Below, in pieces: positions 1 through 11,546 of a stretch of 49,800 bases of DNA. A program made the translations under genes and the position numbers. The stretch spans positions 1 to 49,800 of the forward strand of contig JAGGSM010000064.1 in assembly GCA_021159105.1 (NCBI GenBank), written 5' to 3'. Each line of letters opens with the position of its first letter. Position 1 is the stretch's first letter. The DNA comes from Candidatus Bipolaricaulota bacterium (GTDB lineage Bacteria > Bipolaricaulota > Bipolaricaulia > UBA7950 > UBA9294). The notes under the pieces are model-generated. The model was not told where the DNA came from and did no database searches. It saw only the letters and a program-made list of their open reading frames with translations.

Positions 1-1759
<1,759 letters not shown>

Positions 1760-1820
1760 TTGTAAAACACCTCCGTAGGTTACAGCGATCGATCATAAGA
1801 TCGTTCGATGACTCGAAATA

Positions 1821-2738
1821 TCAATTCTCAAACAGCGCCTCCACGAACTGCTCCGCGGAGAACTCGTGCAGGTCCTCCTTGTCCTCGCCCACCCCGATGT
1901 AGAGGAGCGGCAGGTGAAGCTGATCCCAGATCGATAGTACCACCCCTCCCTTCGCCGTTCCATCGAGCTTGGTGATCACGATCCCGGTCAAGTCTATCGC
2001 CTCGTGGAACTTGCTCGCCTGCGAGATGCCGTTCTGGCCGGTCGTCGCGTCGAGGACGAGGATCCTCTCGTCCGATCCGCGCCCCAGCTTCTTCTTAACC
2101 GTGCGCTCGATCTTCGCCAGCTCCTCCATCAGGTTGTGCTTGGTCTGCAGGCGGCCGGCCGTATCGACGATGAGGATCCCTCCCACCCTCTGTGCGTGGT
2201 CGATGGCGTCGAAGACGACCGCCGACGGGTCGGCTCCTATGTTGTGGCGGACGAGATCGACATCGATGCGCTCGGCCCACACCGCGAGCTGGTCGATCGC
2301 CGCTGCGCGGAACGTATCCGCCGCGGCGAATGTGATCGGGACCTTAGGATCACGCTCGCGCAGGCGCGCGGCGATCTTAGCTGCGGTCGTCGTCTTCCCC
2401 GAGCCGTTGACCCCGGTCAGGACGAGCACGGTCGGCTGACCGTCTTCGCGCAGGGTTAATCCGCGTTCACATCCGCTCAGCCTCTCCAGTATCTCCTGCT
2501 TGAGGACAGCCATGAGGCCGCCGTCCTCCAGCTCCTTTCTGCTGTGCTCGGCGAGGCTCTCCGTCAATTCCATCGCCAGACCGGCGCTGACATCGCCCGC
2601 GATGAGGATCTCCTCGATCTGTTCGATCTGATCCGCGCTCAACTTCTTACCGGCCTTAAGGATACTGCCCAGCGAACCGGCAAACCCTGACCGAGCCTTG
2701 CTCAATCCCTTCTTAAGCCTATCTATCCACGCCATCAC
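1821..2738 (-). CDS. ftsY: signal recognition particle receptor FtsY (NG-domain-only form)
   Basis: 305 aa with GVNGSGKTTTAAKIA P-loop, DTAGRL and TKLDGTAKGG SRP-GTPase motifs. Start overlaps the argS stop by 4 nt. Confidence 0.9.
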   Translation of the reverse strand: MMAWIDRLKKGLSKARSGFAGSLGSILKAGKKLSADQIEQIEEILIAGDVSAGLAMELTESLAEHSRKELEDGGLMAVLKQEILERLSGCERGLTLREDGQPTVLVLTGVNGSGKTTTAAKIAARLRERDPKVPITFAAADTFRAAAIDQLAVWAERIDVDLVRHNIGADPSAVVFDAIDHAQRVGGILIVDTAGRLQTKHNLMEELAKIERTVKKKLGRGSDERILVLDATTGQNGISQASKFHEAIDLTGIVITKLDGTAKGGVVLSIWDQLHLPLLYIGVGEDKEDLHEFSAEQFVEALFEN

Positions 2739-4360
2739 ATCATCTCCGGGGTTGACATACCGAGAATCTCCAGACTGTTCTTGAAGACCATCTGCACCGC
2801 CGACAACAGGGCCAAACGGGCCTGCATCAGATCGGTCTCCTCCCCTAGCACGCGGTGGTCGGCGTAGTAGGCGTGAAACGCGCGCGCGAGGTTGAGGGCG
2901 TACTCGGCCAGCAGGTGCGGGGCAAAGCGCAGTGCCGCCTCTTCCAAGATCTCGGGGAAGGAGTCCAGCTGCTTGATGAGATCGAGCTCTGATGGCGACT
3001 GCAATGGCGACAGATCGACCTCGCTCGGATCGTCGATCTCCTCCGCCTTGCGGAAGATAGAGGCGATGCGCGTGTGGGCGTACTGGATGTAGTAAACGGG
3101 ATTGTCGAGCGACTCAGCGCGCGCCAGGTCCAGGTCGAACTGCAGGTGCGTCTCTGGCTTGCGGGCGACCATGAAGTAGCGAACCACATCGCGACCCAAT
3201 TCGCTCGTGAGATCACGCAGCAGCACAAATCTCCCGGCACGCGTCGACATGCGCAGCGTCTCTCCCCCTTCCACGATGCTGACGAACTGATGCACCGCAT
3301 AGCGCAGGAAGTCCTGTGGATAGCCGAGGATCTTTAGCGCTGCTTGCATGCACGACTGCTCCACGTGATGGTCCGCCCCCTGCACGTCGATGACATGATT
3401 GAAGCCGCGGCGGTATTTGTCCATGTGATAGGCGATGTCGACCATCAAGTACGTTGGCCGACCGTCGCTCCTGATGAGGACGGAGTCCTTTATCCCCCCG
3501 TTATCCTCTGCGCGCAGCCAGATCGCGCCGTCCTGCTTGTAGGTCCCGCCACGTTCGGTGAGAGCCTTCAGTGCGGCATCCACCTCGCCGCGGCGGTGCA
3601 GATCGGCCTCGCTGAACCAATTGTCGAACTTAACGCCGAGCTGCGCCAGGTCGTCCTTAATCATCTCCTTGATCACGCTGACGCCACGCACCCGGAAGAA
3701 TCCCTTTGCAGCCTCATCGAAGACGGGATATGCGTCCGCGATGTCGTCTTTAACCTGCTGCGCGATCTCGATCAGGTAGTCACCCTGGTATCCCTGTTCA
3801 GGGATGGTTACGTCTTCGCCGCACAGCTGCCGATAGCGCGCCCACAGCGACTGTGCCAACAGATCGACCTGCCTCCCCTCATCGTTGAAGTAGTACTCGC
3901 GGGTCACGTCGTAGCCGAGTTGCTCATACAGCGAGGAGAGGACATCGCCGAGGACCGCCTGGCGTCCATGCCCGACGGTGAGCGGCCCAGTGGGATTCGA
4001 GCTGACGAACTCTACCTGCAGCTTCGTTCCTCTTCCTATCTTCTCTGCTGTGAGCTTGCCTTCATCCTGCAATATCTCCTTCAAGCAGGAGTGGATCATC
4101 TCCCTTTTGAGGTGGAGGTTGATGAACCCGGGGCCAGCGATCTCCACCTTGGCGAACGCATCCTGCGGTAGGTTTCCTATGATACGGGCGGCGAGATCAC
4201 GCGGCGATGACCTGGCGATCTTCGCACCGGCCATGGCGATGTTCGAGGAGAAATCTCCGTACTCTGGCCTTTCTGAAGGATCGACAGAGAATGAAACAGG
4301 CTCTAAGCCAAGCTTCCTCCAGGCTTCAGTGAGCAGCGTTTTGATTGATGTAGTTAGCAT
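2735..4360 (-). CDS. argS: arginine--tRNA ligase
   Basis: 541 aa. Class-I synthetase with SSNPTGPLTVGHGR (HIGH-like) and MSTRAG (KMSKS-like) motifs and a typical ArgS C-terminal anticodon-binding region. Confidence 0.92.
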   Translation of the reverse strand: MLTTSIKTLLTEAWRKLGLEPVSFSVDPSERPEYGDFSSNIAMAGAKIARSSPRDLAARIIGNLPQDAFAKVEIAGPGFINLHLKREMIHSCLKEILQDEGKLTAEKIGRGTKLQVEFVSSNPTGPLTVGHGRQAVLGDVLSSLYEQLGYDVTREYYFNDEGRQVDLLAQSLWARYRQLCGEDVTIPEQGYQGDYLIEIAQQVKDDIADAYPVFDEAAKGFFRVRGVSVIKEMIKDDLAQLGVKFDNWFSEADLHRRGEVDAALKALTERGGTYKQDGAIWLRAEDNGGIKDSVLIRSDGRPTYLMVDIAYHMDKYRRGFNHVIDVQGADHHVEQSCMQAALKILGYPQDFLRYAVHQFVSIVEGGETLRMSTRAGRFVLLRDLTSELGRDVVRYFMVARKPETHLQFDLDLARAESLDNPVYYIQYAHTRIASIFRKAEEIDDPSEVDLSPLQSPSELDLIKQLDSFPEILEEAALRFAPHLLAEYALNLARAFHAYYADHRVLGEETDLMQARLALLSAVQMVFKNSLEILGMSTPEMM

Positions 4361-4581
4361 GATTGTCTATGATGGAAAGCGAAGGCCACGGACCGATGTC
4401 GAACCGAATCCGCGTCTTCTCCTCCCGGTGAACTGATGGCTCCCTGAACCAAAAGGTCGACTTGTTGCCAATGTTTTGCCGATTCCGTGCGAGTTACCTC
4501 TGCTTATGGGCCTCTTGCCTCCAATTAGCAGGTTAAGTATAGCTTCCATCCGCACCATGTCAACGATGCGCCTACAGCTGC

Positions 4582-6402
4582 ATGCGGTATAATTGCGACA
4601 TGGATGGCCACTCTTTCTTTCGCATGCTTAGAAACAGACCGGTATTGGCCTTTGTGGGTGGCTTTGCGATCGCTGGTATCGCGATTGGACTGATCGTTCT
4701 CTTCACCCTGTTTTGGGTGGAGCCGATGTCGGCCCCTGAACAGGCAGGGACGGTCAGGTTCAATGCGGATCACTTCACTCTGTGGTATCAGAAGGGAGGG
4801 CAAGGGGTCTCATCGCACGGCGCGTTATCGGAGGAGCTGCAGCAGGACTTGAGTGACCTCATCAGCCTGCTGCAGGTGAACCCAGATTTGATTCCGGGGA
4901 AGATCGATGTCTTCATTCACGACGATGTGGCCTCCATGCAGTCGTCGATTGCCAGCAGGAAGAGCCCGAATTCGCGCGGCGGATACATCGCTCCCCTCGA
5001 TCTCCTTGTTGGAGAGCCCCCTCGCCAGAGGTTGGCAGAACTGGTACTGGCCTTTGGCTGGGGGGAATGCGGTTCGCAGTTGTTGAAGCAGGGCATGGCA
5101 CTGTACGCTGCGGATCCGAAGCGCAATTTCCATGCCGTGGTCGCTGCTCTTCCCAAGCGGCTGTACTACTCGCTTCCCGAGCTGATCCTTATGGAGAAGA
5201 GAGGTAGGTTTGCAGAGTCAGCCTACGATCAATTCGACTCTCCCTACTCTACCGCCTCGATCCTCTTTGCTGATCTGAGGGACCTGTTAAGCCTGTCAGC
5301 GCATGGAGAGGCCTCCCTTGAGGACATAGCAGGCCTGGAAGCGGCCTCATTCGTTCAGTTCGTCATCGAAACAGAGGGAGGAATAGGAGCGGTGAAACAG
5401 GCATGGGGAAGGGGATCAACAGATAGCCTCATTAGTCGCATCGACTCGGCCCCTCTGGCGGAGATCGGCAGGGCCTGGTACTCCTACGCTGGGGAACATG
5501 GGAAGGAATCCTCTGACTTTTCGATGTTGACGGCCTACTACAGGCTTGCCGCAGGGTACCCGGATACGGCATGGACTGAGTGCAGCGCGTGGGACGAGAG
5601 TGATCTCACGCAGGGTGAGAGAATGATAGCTGTTCGATGTGCCCTTGCTGTGGGAGAATTCGCTGATGCGCAGAAGCTGGTATCACAGCTGGATGAGGGG
5701 GACAAGAGGGAAGAACTTATGGGGTTTTCCTCTCTGTACACCGGATGGATTGTACAAGAGGCGACTGGCGTGAGGCTCTTCATCTCCCCGCAGCTCCCTG
5801 CGGAAGAGAGGCCGGAGTTGTCCGTCGTTGAGAAGCTGTACAATGATATGGCTGACAGGCTTGCTCTCAGTGCGGCGGATCTCCCAGAGAGGATAACGCT
5901 GTTCTTCTATCCCAATACTGGGGACAGGGATGCGGGCATTCATCTGGTCCCTCTATCTGAAGAGAAGAATGCGACCCTCCATCTTGTGCCGAGCGACGAT
6001 GTCGCCCTCGAATTGGCGAGAACCCTTCCCGTCTATGCTTGGAGAAGGGATACGTACTCTCAGCTCCTGCGAGAGGGATTGGCCATAGCCCTGTCCAGAG
6101 AGGCGTCCCTTCTCGAAGCGCAGGGACGGAGCCTGCGCAGTGAAGGGAGCTGGTACCCCCTCGCCTCTGTCGACTACGGGATGACGGCTGATAGCACGGT
6201 TGCCCTGGAGGGGGGGATTCTGATGAACTATCTCCTCGACGAGTGCGGAGGAGGTGCTGTGCGCGATGTGTGGATAGCGACGTCACCTTCCGGCAGGTAC
6301 ATCTCTTTTGACTCCGCTCTTGCCGAGATCTGTCATACGACGAGGAAAGACATAGAAGAGGTTCTGTTTAGATCGATCCTATCGTTGCGGAAGGATCAGT
6401 GA
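4582..6402 (+). CDS. hypothetical membrane-anchored protein with two related internal modules
   Basis: Long ORF with an N-terminal TM segment (VLAFVGGFAIAGIAIGLIVLFTLFWV). Two similar modules are present (KIDVFIHDDVASMQ... and RITLFFYPNTGDRD...). Start is uncertain: ATG 4582, 4600 or 4624, with TATAAT at 4588-4593 inside the longest version. Confidence 0.55.
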   Translation: MRYNCDMDGHSFFRMLRNRPVLAFVGGFAIAGIAIGLIVLFTLFWVEPMSAPEQAGTVRFNADHFTLWYQKGGQGVSSHGALSEELQQDLSDLISLLQVNPDLIPGKIDVFIHDDVASMQSSIASRKSPNSRGGYIAPLDLLVGEPPRQRLAELVLAFGWGECGSQLLKQGMALYAADPKRNFHAVVAALPKRLYYSLPELILMEKRGRFAESAYDQFDSPYSTASILFADLRDLLSLSAHGEASLEDIAGLEAASFVQFVIETEGGIGAVKQAWGRGSTDSLISRIDSAPLAEIGRAWYSYAGEHGKESSDFSMLTAYYRLAAGYPDTAWTECSAWDESDLTQGERMIAVRCALAVGEFADAQKLVSQLDEGDKREELMGFSSLYTGWIVQEATGVRLFISPQLPAEERPELSVVEKLYNDMADRLALSAADLPERITLFFYPNTGDRDAGIHLVPLSEEKNATLHLVPSDDVALELARTLPVYAWRRDTYSQLLREGLAIALSREASLLEAQGRSLRSEGSWYPLASVDYGMTADSTVALEGGILMNYLLDECGGGAVRDVWIATSPSGRYISFDSALAEICHTTRKDIEEVLFRSILSLRKDQ

Positions 6403-6446
6403 TGCTTTGCCCGTGTTCTCGAAGGGGAAGCACGAGGGAAACGAGA

Positions 6447-6476
6447 TTGACATTGAGGCTCTGTCTGTGGTATTCT
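6447..6476 (+). promoter_or_regulatory. candidate sigma70-type promoter for the 6601 gene and ABC importer
   Basis: TTGACA (6447-6452), 18-nt spacer, then TGgTATTCT extended -10 (TATTCT 6471-6476). Confidence 0.35.
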
Positions 6477-6600
6477 AGGAACGATGAAACGAGACTTGCA
6501 AGCTCTTCCACTAGATCGACTTGCGCATTGTTGGAGGTGATGCAACGACAGGTAGGAATGTCGGATCGACAGAGGTAAATGCAATAAGGGAGGTATAAGA

Positions 6601-7395
6601 ATGAAACTTACTGGCCTTCGGGCACTAGTAGTTGTAATGAGTTCGATTGCCCTGCTTTCAGTGATTGGTTTAGGGGCTAATCTGGAGAGTATTGCGTCAA
6701 ATGAATTGGTTCCTGAGATCAGCGCTGCAGCTGGAATGGCGCTCGCTGATTCCTATGCGGCTACGATGACGGAAGCGGAGCTGGAAGCCCTTGCGGTGGA
6801 TGGACGAACGATCGGTCTGCGCACCGCGGCGAGTGGTGCTCTTGCCATTCTGTATCGTGACAAGACTGAAGATGAGATCATGGCGATCCTCAAGGGTGAC
6901 GCAGATCCGATGATCCGTGCTGCCGCCATCGAGCCAGCGCAGGTCTACCTTGTTTCAGTCACCAGTGACGATGAGGACTTTAAACTGACCGACTACCTGA
7001 AGGATATTGCCATCAATGGCGAGACTCATGAGATGAGGCTGGCTGCTGCAAAGGCATACTACTTCATGTCGCGCAAGTCTCTTAAAGCAGCGGATTTGGA
7101 GGAGCAGGCCGTGACCAACGACAGCGATGAACTGGCATATGCAGCTGGTGAAGCCCTGTCCGGTTTCTACCTCTCATTCAACCCCAAGACACAGGCAGAA
7201 CTTGAGGATCTCGCGATCAATGGTTCGAGTGAGGGGCTGCGTGTTGCCGGAGAGATTGCTCTCTCCTCGCTCCTTATTAAGTCGGACCTGACAGCGCTCG
7301 ATTTCGAGACGACGCTTCTTTCCATCGCTGGAACGAAGAGCGCCGAGTATCGAGGTGCCTATAAGATTGCGCTGGCGAATCGCTACGCGCAATAG
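6601..7395 (+). CDS. secreted protein with HEAT/PBS-lyase-like helical repeats
   Basis: GGGAGG RBS and a signal peptide. Repeated amphipathic pairs include LRTAASGALAILY, MIRAAAIEPA, MRLAAAKAYYF, AYAAGEALSGFY and LRVAGEIALSSLL. Confidence 0.6.
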   Translation: MKLTGLRALVVVMSSIALLSVIGLGANLESIASNELVPEISAAAGMALADSYAATMTEAELEALAVDGRTIGLRTAASGALAILYRDKTEDEIMAILKGDADPMIRAAAIEPAQVYLVSVTSDDEDFKLTDYLKDIAINGETHEMRLAAAKAYYFMSRKSLKAADLEEQAVTNDSDELAYAAGEALSGFYLSFNPKTQAELEDLAINGSSEGLRVAGEIALSSLLIKSDLTALDFETTLLSIAGTKSAEYRGAYKIALANRYAQ

Positions 7396-7424
7396 GTCTT
7401 GGAAAGAAATAAGGAGGTCATAGA

Positions 7425-9248
7425 ATGAAAAAAACGGTTTTGGTATTGTTGGGTCTGCTGCTCGTCTTCTCTGCCCTAGCTATTGCGCAGGGGTACGAGA
7501 CGATGCCGGCGGATGCTAAGATTATCCCATTGGGGCAAGCGGATACGCCTTACGCTGATGCGCAGCCGGGTGTACGCGGAGGAATCTTCTATTGCGCCAC
7601 GATCAGCAATCCGAAGAAGTGGAACGATGTAACCGCTCACGAGACGAGCACCACGCAGTACACCGGCCTCATGCTGGAGGGCTTGATCAGCACGAATCCG
7701 GTCACTGTCGCCATTGAACCAGAACTTGCTAAGTCCTGGGATGTCTCCGAAGACGGTCTGACGATTACGTTCCACCTTCGTCAAGGGTTGAAGTGGTCCG
7801 ATGGCGAGCCTTTCACCGCTGATGACGTCATCTTCTCGTTCAACGACCTGTATCTGAACGAGGACGTGGAGACGGACACGCGCGACATCCTCGTCCTTCC
7901 GGATGACTCATATCCGGTGGTCACGAAGATCGATGACTATACCGTGCAGGTCACGACTTCCGTCGTGTTCCGCCCGATCCTCAACTCGATGGGTGCGAAC
8001 ATCCTTCCGAAGCACGCGCTTGCGCAGTACGTGCATAAGCTGAACCCCGATGTCCCAGTGGGCACGTTTAACTCCGCTTGGGGACTCGATACAGACCCGT
8101 CTGAGCTCGTCGGTATGGGGCCGTTCATCGTTGAGAGCTACACTCCTGACCAGAACGTGACCATGCGGCGCAACCCTTACTACTACCACTACGATCCGAA
8201 TGGGGTGCAGCTTCCTTACTTCGATAAGTACGTGGTGCTGACGGTGGCCAGCCAGGACGTCTCCCTGCTCAAGTTCCGCAACGGTGAGCTGGATGCACTG
8301 GGTATTCGTGCCGCTGACGTTCCTATCTTGAAGAGTGAAGAGGCGCAGAAGGGCTTCACGGTTCTAGTCAACCCTGATCTTCCTAACTACGGAACCTCCT
8401 GGATCGGGATCAACGAGGACATCGGTCTTGCTGAAGGGACGCACGACAACGAGCGCGCCCTCTTCCGCACGCGCGACTTCCGTGCCGCTCTGGCACACCT
8501 AGTCGACAAGCAAGCGATCATCGACTCCCTGTACAATGGCCTGGCCGTTCCTCAGTGGAGCCCAGTCAGCTACCTGTCGCCGTTCTACGCTGGGCGTGAC
8601 TACTACGGTGGTCCCGTCACGGAGAAGGATGCTGTGATCTTCGAGTACTCGCTCGACAAGGCGGCAGAGCTTCTCGACGGTATCGGTATTGTTGACCGCG
8701 ATGGTGACGGATGGCGCGACTACGAGGACGGCACGCGGGTCGAGATCGAGCTGAACACCAATGCCGGTAACACGGTGCGTGAAGGTATCTGTCTGATCGT
8801 CGCTGACCGTGCGGCCAAGATCGGCCTCAAGCTGAACTTTGTGCCGGTCGATTTCAACACCCTGGTCAACAAGCTCTTCGCCTCAACAGGCGAGCTGATT
8901 ATCCTGGGTCTGACCGGTGGGCCGGAGCCGAACAACGGTGCTAACGTCTACAAGTCCGACGGTGGTCTGCACTTCTGGCACTACTCCGCGGCCGACAATC
9001 CGACGGAAGTGGAGAAGAAGATCGATGAGCTCCTTGATGCCGGTGTGTCTACGCTGGACAACGACAAGGCGTTCGAGATCTACAAGGAGTACCAGATCAC
9101 CCTGGCCAAGGATGATCTCGGTCTAGTGTACACGGTCAACTCAGCGTTCACCTATGCTTACTACAACAAGGTAGGGAACGGTAACCTTTCTAGCCCGGTT
9201 GCCACTCCAGGTGGCGGTGGGCTTGCTGATATCTGCTACTTCAAGTAA
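7425..9248 (+). CDS. ABC transporter substrate-binding protein, family 5 (peptide/nickel/oligosaccharide type)
   Basis: 607 aa, AAGGAGG RBS, signal peptide. Length and sequence pattern are typical of OppA/DppA-like SBP_bac_5 proteins. Confidence 0.88.
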   Translation: MKKTVLVLLGLLLVFSALAIAQGYETMPADAKIIPLGQADTPYADAQPGVRGGIFYCATISNPKKWNDVTAHETSTTQYTGLMLEGLISTNPVTVAIEPELAKSWDVSEDGLTITFHLRQGLKWSDGEPFTADDVIFSFNDLYLNEDVETDTRDILVLPDDSYPVVTKIDDYTVQVTTSVVFRPILNSMGANILPKHALAQYVHKLNPDVPVGTFNSAWGLDTDPSELVGMGPFIVESYTPDQNVTMRRNPYYYHYDPNGVQLPYFDKYVVLTVASQDVSLLKFRNGELDALGIRAADVPILKSEEAQKGFTVLVNPDLPNYGTSWIGINEDIGLAEGTHDNERALFRTRDFRAALAHLVDKQAIIDSLYNGLAVPQWSPVSYLSPFYAGRDYYGGPVTEKDAVIFEYSLDKAAELLDGIGIVDRDGDGWRDYEDGTRVEIELNTNAGNTVREGICLIVADRAAKIGLKLNFVPVDFNTLVNKLFASTGELIILGLTGGPEPNNGANVYKSDGGLHFWHYSAADNPTEVEKKIDELLDAGVSTLDNDKAFEIYKEYQITLAKDDLGLVYTVNSAFTYAYYNKVGNGNLSSPVATPGGGGLADICYFK

Positions 9249-9313
9249 CATTTGAATGCAGCGGGGGTGTGGGTTCAGCCTGCGCCCCCGCATATTCAGG
9301 CCGGAGGATTCCT

Positions 9314-10306
9314 GTGATTACATACATCGTTCGTAGAACCCTGTATATGCTTCCGCTGCTCATCATTGTTTCCTTGATATCGTTTCTACTTATCTACATC
9401 ATGCCTGGCGATTACCTAACACGGGCTCAGATGAACCCGCAGGTTACGCAGGAGACCCTAGCACAGATGCGGGCTGCATATGGGCTTGACCAGTCAGTCC
9501 TGGTGCAGTATTGGCTGTGGCTGAAGCAGATCATCCTTCATGGCAATTTTGGAATGTCGTTTGAGACGATGCGGCCGGTCTTCTGGACGTTGTTCATGGG
9601 GGGGCGGCTCATGTGGACAATAATAGTCTCCCTGACCACGATGCTATTGACGTGGATGATCTCAATTCCATTGGGCATCTATTCAGCGACCCACCAGTAC
9701 AAGCCGAGCGATCATACCCTAACCTTCTTCGGCTTTCTTGGTTTGTCCATTCCTAACTTCTTCTTCGCTTTGGTCTTGCTGTGGCTGTTGGTGGCTGTAT
9801 TCAAAGTGGGCAACCACGGATTGGGGGTCGGGGGGCTGTTCGACAACAGATTCATCGCTGCCCCGTGGTCCCTGGCGAAGTTTGGGAACCTGTTGTGGCA
9901 CATCTGGCCGGCATGGCTTGTTATCGGAACATCCGGCATGGCCGGACTCATCCGCTACATGAGGGGAAGCCTTCTGGACACGCTCTCTCTCCAGTATGTG
10001 CAGACGGCGAGGGCGAAGGGCCTTCCAGAACGCACTGTGATCTATAAGCATGCTGTGCGGAATGCGATCAATCCTCTCGTCAGCATGCTTGGCATGAGCC
10101 TGCCTGGGCTCGTCTCCGGATCGCTCATCACTGCGATAGTTCTGAACCTGCCAACTGTGGAAAGGGCTTTCTTTTCCGCGCTTCAGATGCAGGACCAATA
10201 CGTGATTATGGGCGGGCTTCTTTTCTTTAGCTTGTTTTTATTATTAGGGAACTTAATTGCAGATATACTGCTTGCGTGGGTCGATCCTCGCATCCGATAC
10301 AGCTAG
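9314..10306 (+). CDS. ABC transporter permease (DppB/OppB-like)
   Basis: Start moved to GTG 9314 (GGAGG six nt upstream), giving VITYIVRRTLYMLPLLI, the canonical N-terminus of this family. An EAA-like loop (YVQTARAKGLPERTVIYKHAVRNA) is present. Confidence 0.88.
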   Translation: MITYIVRRTLYMLPLLIIVSLISFLLIYIMPGDYLTRAQMNPQVTQETLAQMRAAYGLDQSVLVQYWLWLKQIILHGNFGMSFETMRPVFWTLFMGGRLMWTIIVSLTTMLLTWMISIPLGIYSATHQYKPSDHTLTFFGFLGLSIPNFFFALVLLWLLVAVFKVGNHGLGVGGLFDNRFIAAPWSLAKFGNLLWHIWPAWLVIGTSGMAGLIRYMRGSLLDTLSLQYVQTARAKGLPERTVIYKHAVRNAINPLVSMLGMSLPGLVSGSLITAIVLNLPTVERAFFSALQMQDQYVIMGGLLFFSLFLLLGNLIADILLAWVDPRIRYS

Positions 10307-10325
10307 AACTCAGGGGGGAGACTGA

Positions 10326-11480
10326 TTGACTATGGGATTGTTCAGAAGGGAGAAGGAGCCACCACGAGAAGGTGATAAGCAGGAGTACGTGAGTCCTTCT
10401 CAGTGGAAGATGATTTGGCGCGCTTTTCGCAAGCATCGCTTGGGAAACGTGGGTATGGCGATCATACTGGTCCTTATTGTGGGGGCCGTCTTTGCAGAGT
10501 TCTTTGCTCCGTATGACTACAAGGATCAATATAATTCGTACTCGTTTTCTCCCCCATCGACGCTCCACTTTCGCAGTGAGTCGGGCTTCTCTCTCCGCCC
10601 CTTCGTCTACAAGACAAAGCGCACATTTGACCGTGAGACATATCGCCCTGTCTTTACGGAGGATACCAGCAAGAAGTACTACATCAGGCTGTTCGTGCGT
10701 GGTTCAGAGTATCGCTTGCTGGGGCTCTTCAAAACCAACATTCACTTCTTCGGCGCTCGCTCGGAGGATGGCGATGAGGCCATGGTCTTCCTGTTCGGTG
10801 CTGATGCATACGGGCGTGATCTGTTCACGCGCGTTATGATCGGAGGGAGGATCTCTCTTGCTGTTGGTCCGTTCGTCATCCTTCTGGGGTTCCCTATCTC
10901 GATCTTCTTGGGCGGCATCTCCGGTTACTACGGCGGAGGGGTTGACATGTTCCTTCAGCGGTTCGGTGAGGTGTTCATGGCGATCCCCGGCCTGCCGATT
11001 CTGCTGGTCATTGGGGCGGCACTATCTGGATTTGGTCTGTCCGCTGTGCTTGTATTCTTCGGGATAATCGGCGCTTTGACCATCGTCAGTTGGGCGGGAA
11101 TGGCACGTGTTATCAGAGGACAAGTGCTCGCCATCCGCCAGATGGACTTCGTCTCTTCTGCTAAGGCTGCGGGGGCGAGCGATGTGCGCATCATCATTCG
11201 CCACATTGCTCCGAATGTCACCAGTTACCTTGTAGTCGCGGCTACCCTGACGATCCCTGGCATGATGCTCTCGGAGGCTGCCCTTTCGTTCCTCGGTTAT
11301 GGGATCCACGAGCCGATGACAAGTTGGGGGCAGCTGCTCAATGCTGCCACGAACATATCGGGCATTCAGGAGCATCCGTGGCTGTTGATTCCGGGTGTCT
11401 TTATTGTGATATCGGTTCTCGCCTTCAACTTTATGGGTGATGCTCTGCGCGATGCGGTCGATCCGTTTAGCATCGTCTAG
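10326..11480 (+). CDS. ABC transporter permease (DppC/OppC-like)
   Basis: 384 aa multi-TM protein with an EAA-like loop (FVSSAKAAGASDVRIIIRHIAPNV). Start is TTG 10326 or ATG 10332. Confidence 0.88.
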   Translation: MTMGLFRREKEPPREGDKQEYVSPSQWKMIWRAFRKHRLGNVGMAIILVLIVGAVFAEFFAPYDYKDQYNSYSFSPPSTLHFRSESGFSLRPFVYKTKRTFDRETYRPVFTEDTSKKYYIRLFVRGSEYRLLGLFKTNIHFFGARSEDGDEAMVFLFGADAYGRDLFTRVMIGGRISLAVGPFVILLGFPISIFLGGISGYYGGGVDMFLQRFGEVFMAIPGLPILLVIGAALSGFGLSAVLVFFGIIGALTIVSWAGMARVIRGQVLAIRQMDFVSSAKAAGASDVRIIIRHIAPNVTSYLVVAATLTIPGMMLSEAALSFLGYGIHEPMTSWGQLLNAATNISGIQEHPWLLIPGVFIVISVLAFNFMGDALRDAVDPFSIV

Positions 11481-11546
11481 ATCGGGTTAAAGTTGCATCC
11501 TATCTGCTTTTTAGGTAAAATCTGACTTGAGATTTCCTAGAGGCGG

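Noticed and set aside
4361-4581. The 220-nt argS upstream region as a possible T-box leader, tRNA or SRP RNA
   Set aside because: I could not find the T-box sequence (GGUGGNACCGCG-like), a specifier-loop arrangement, or a tRNA cloverleaf with a proper T-arm. It is probably just a divergent promoter region.
4588-4602. TATAAT at 4588-4593 followed 6 nt later by ATG 4600, as a possible leaderless start for the 4582 gene
   Set aside because: There is no convincing -35 or extended -10 element, and a single hexamer match is expected by chance. It is recorded only as a start-site uncertainty.
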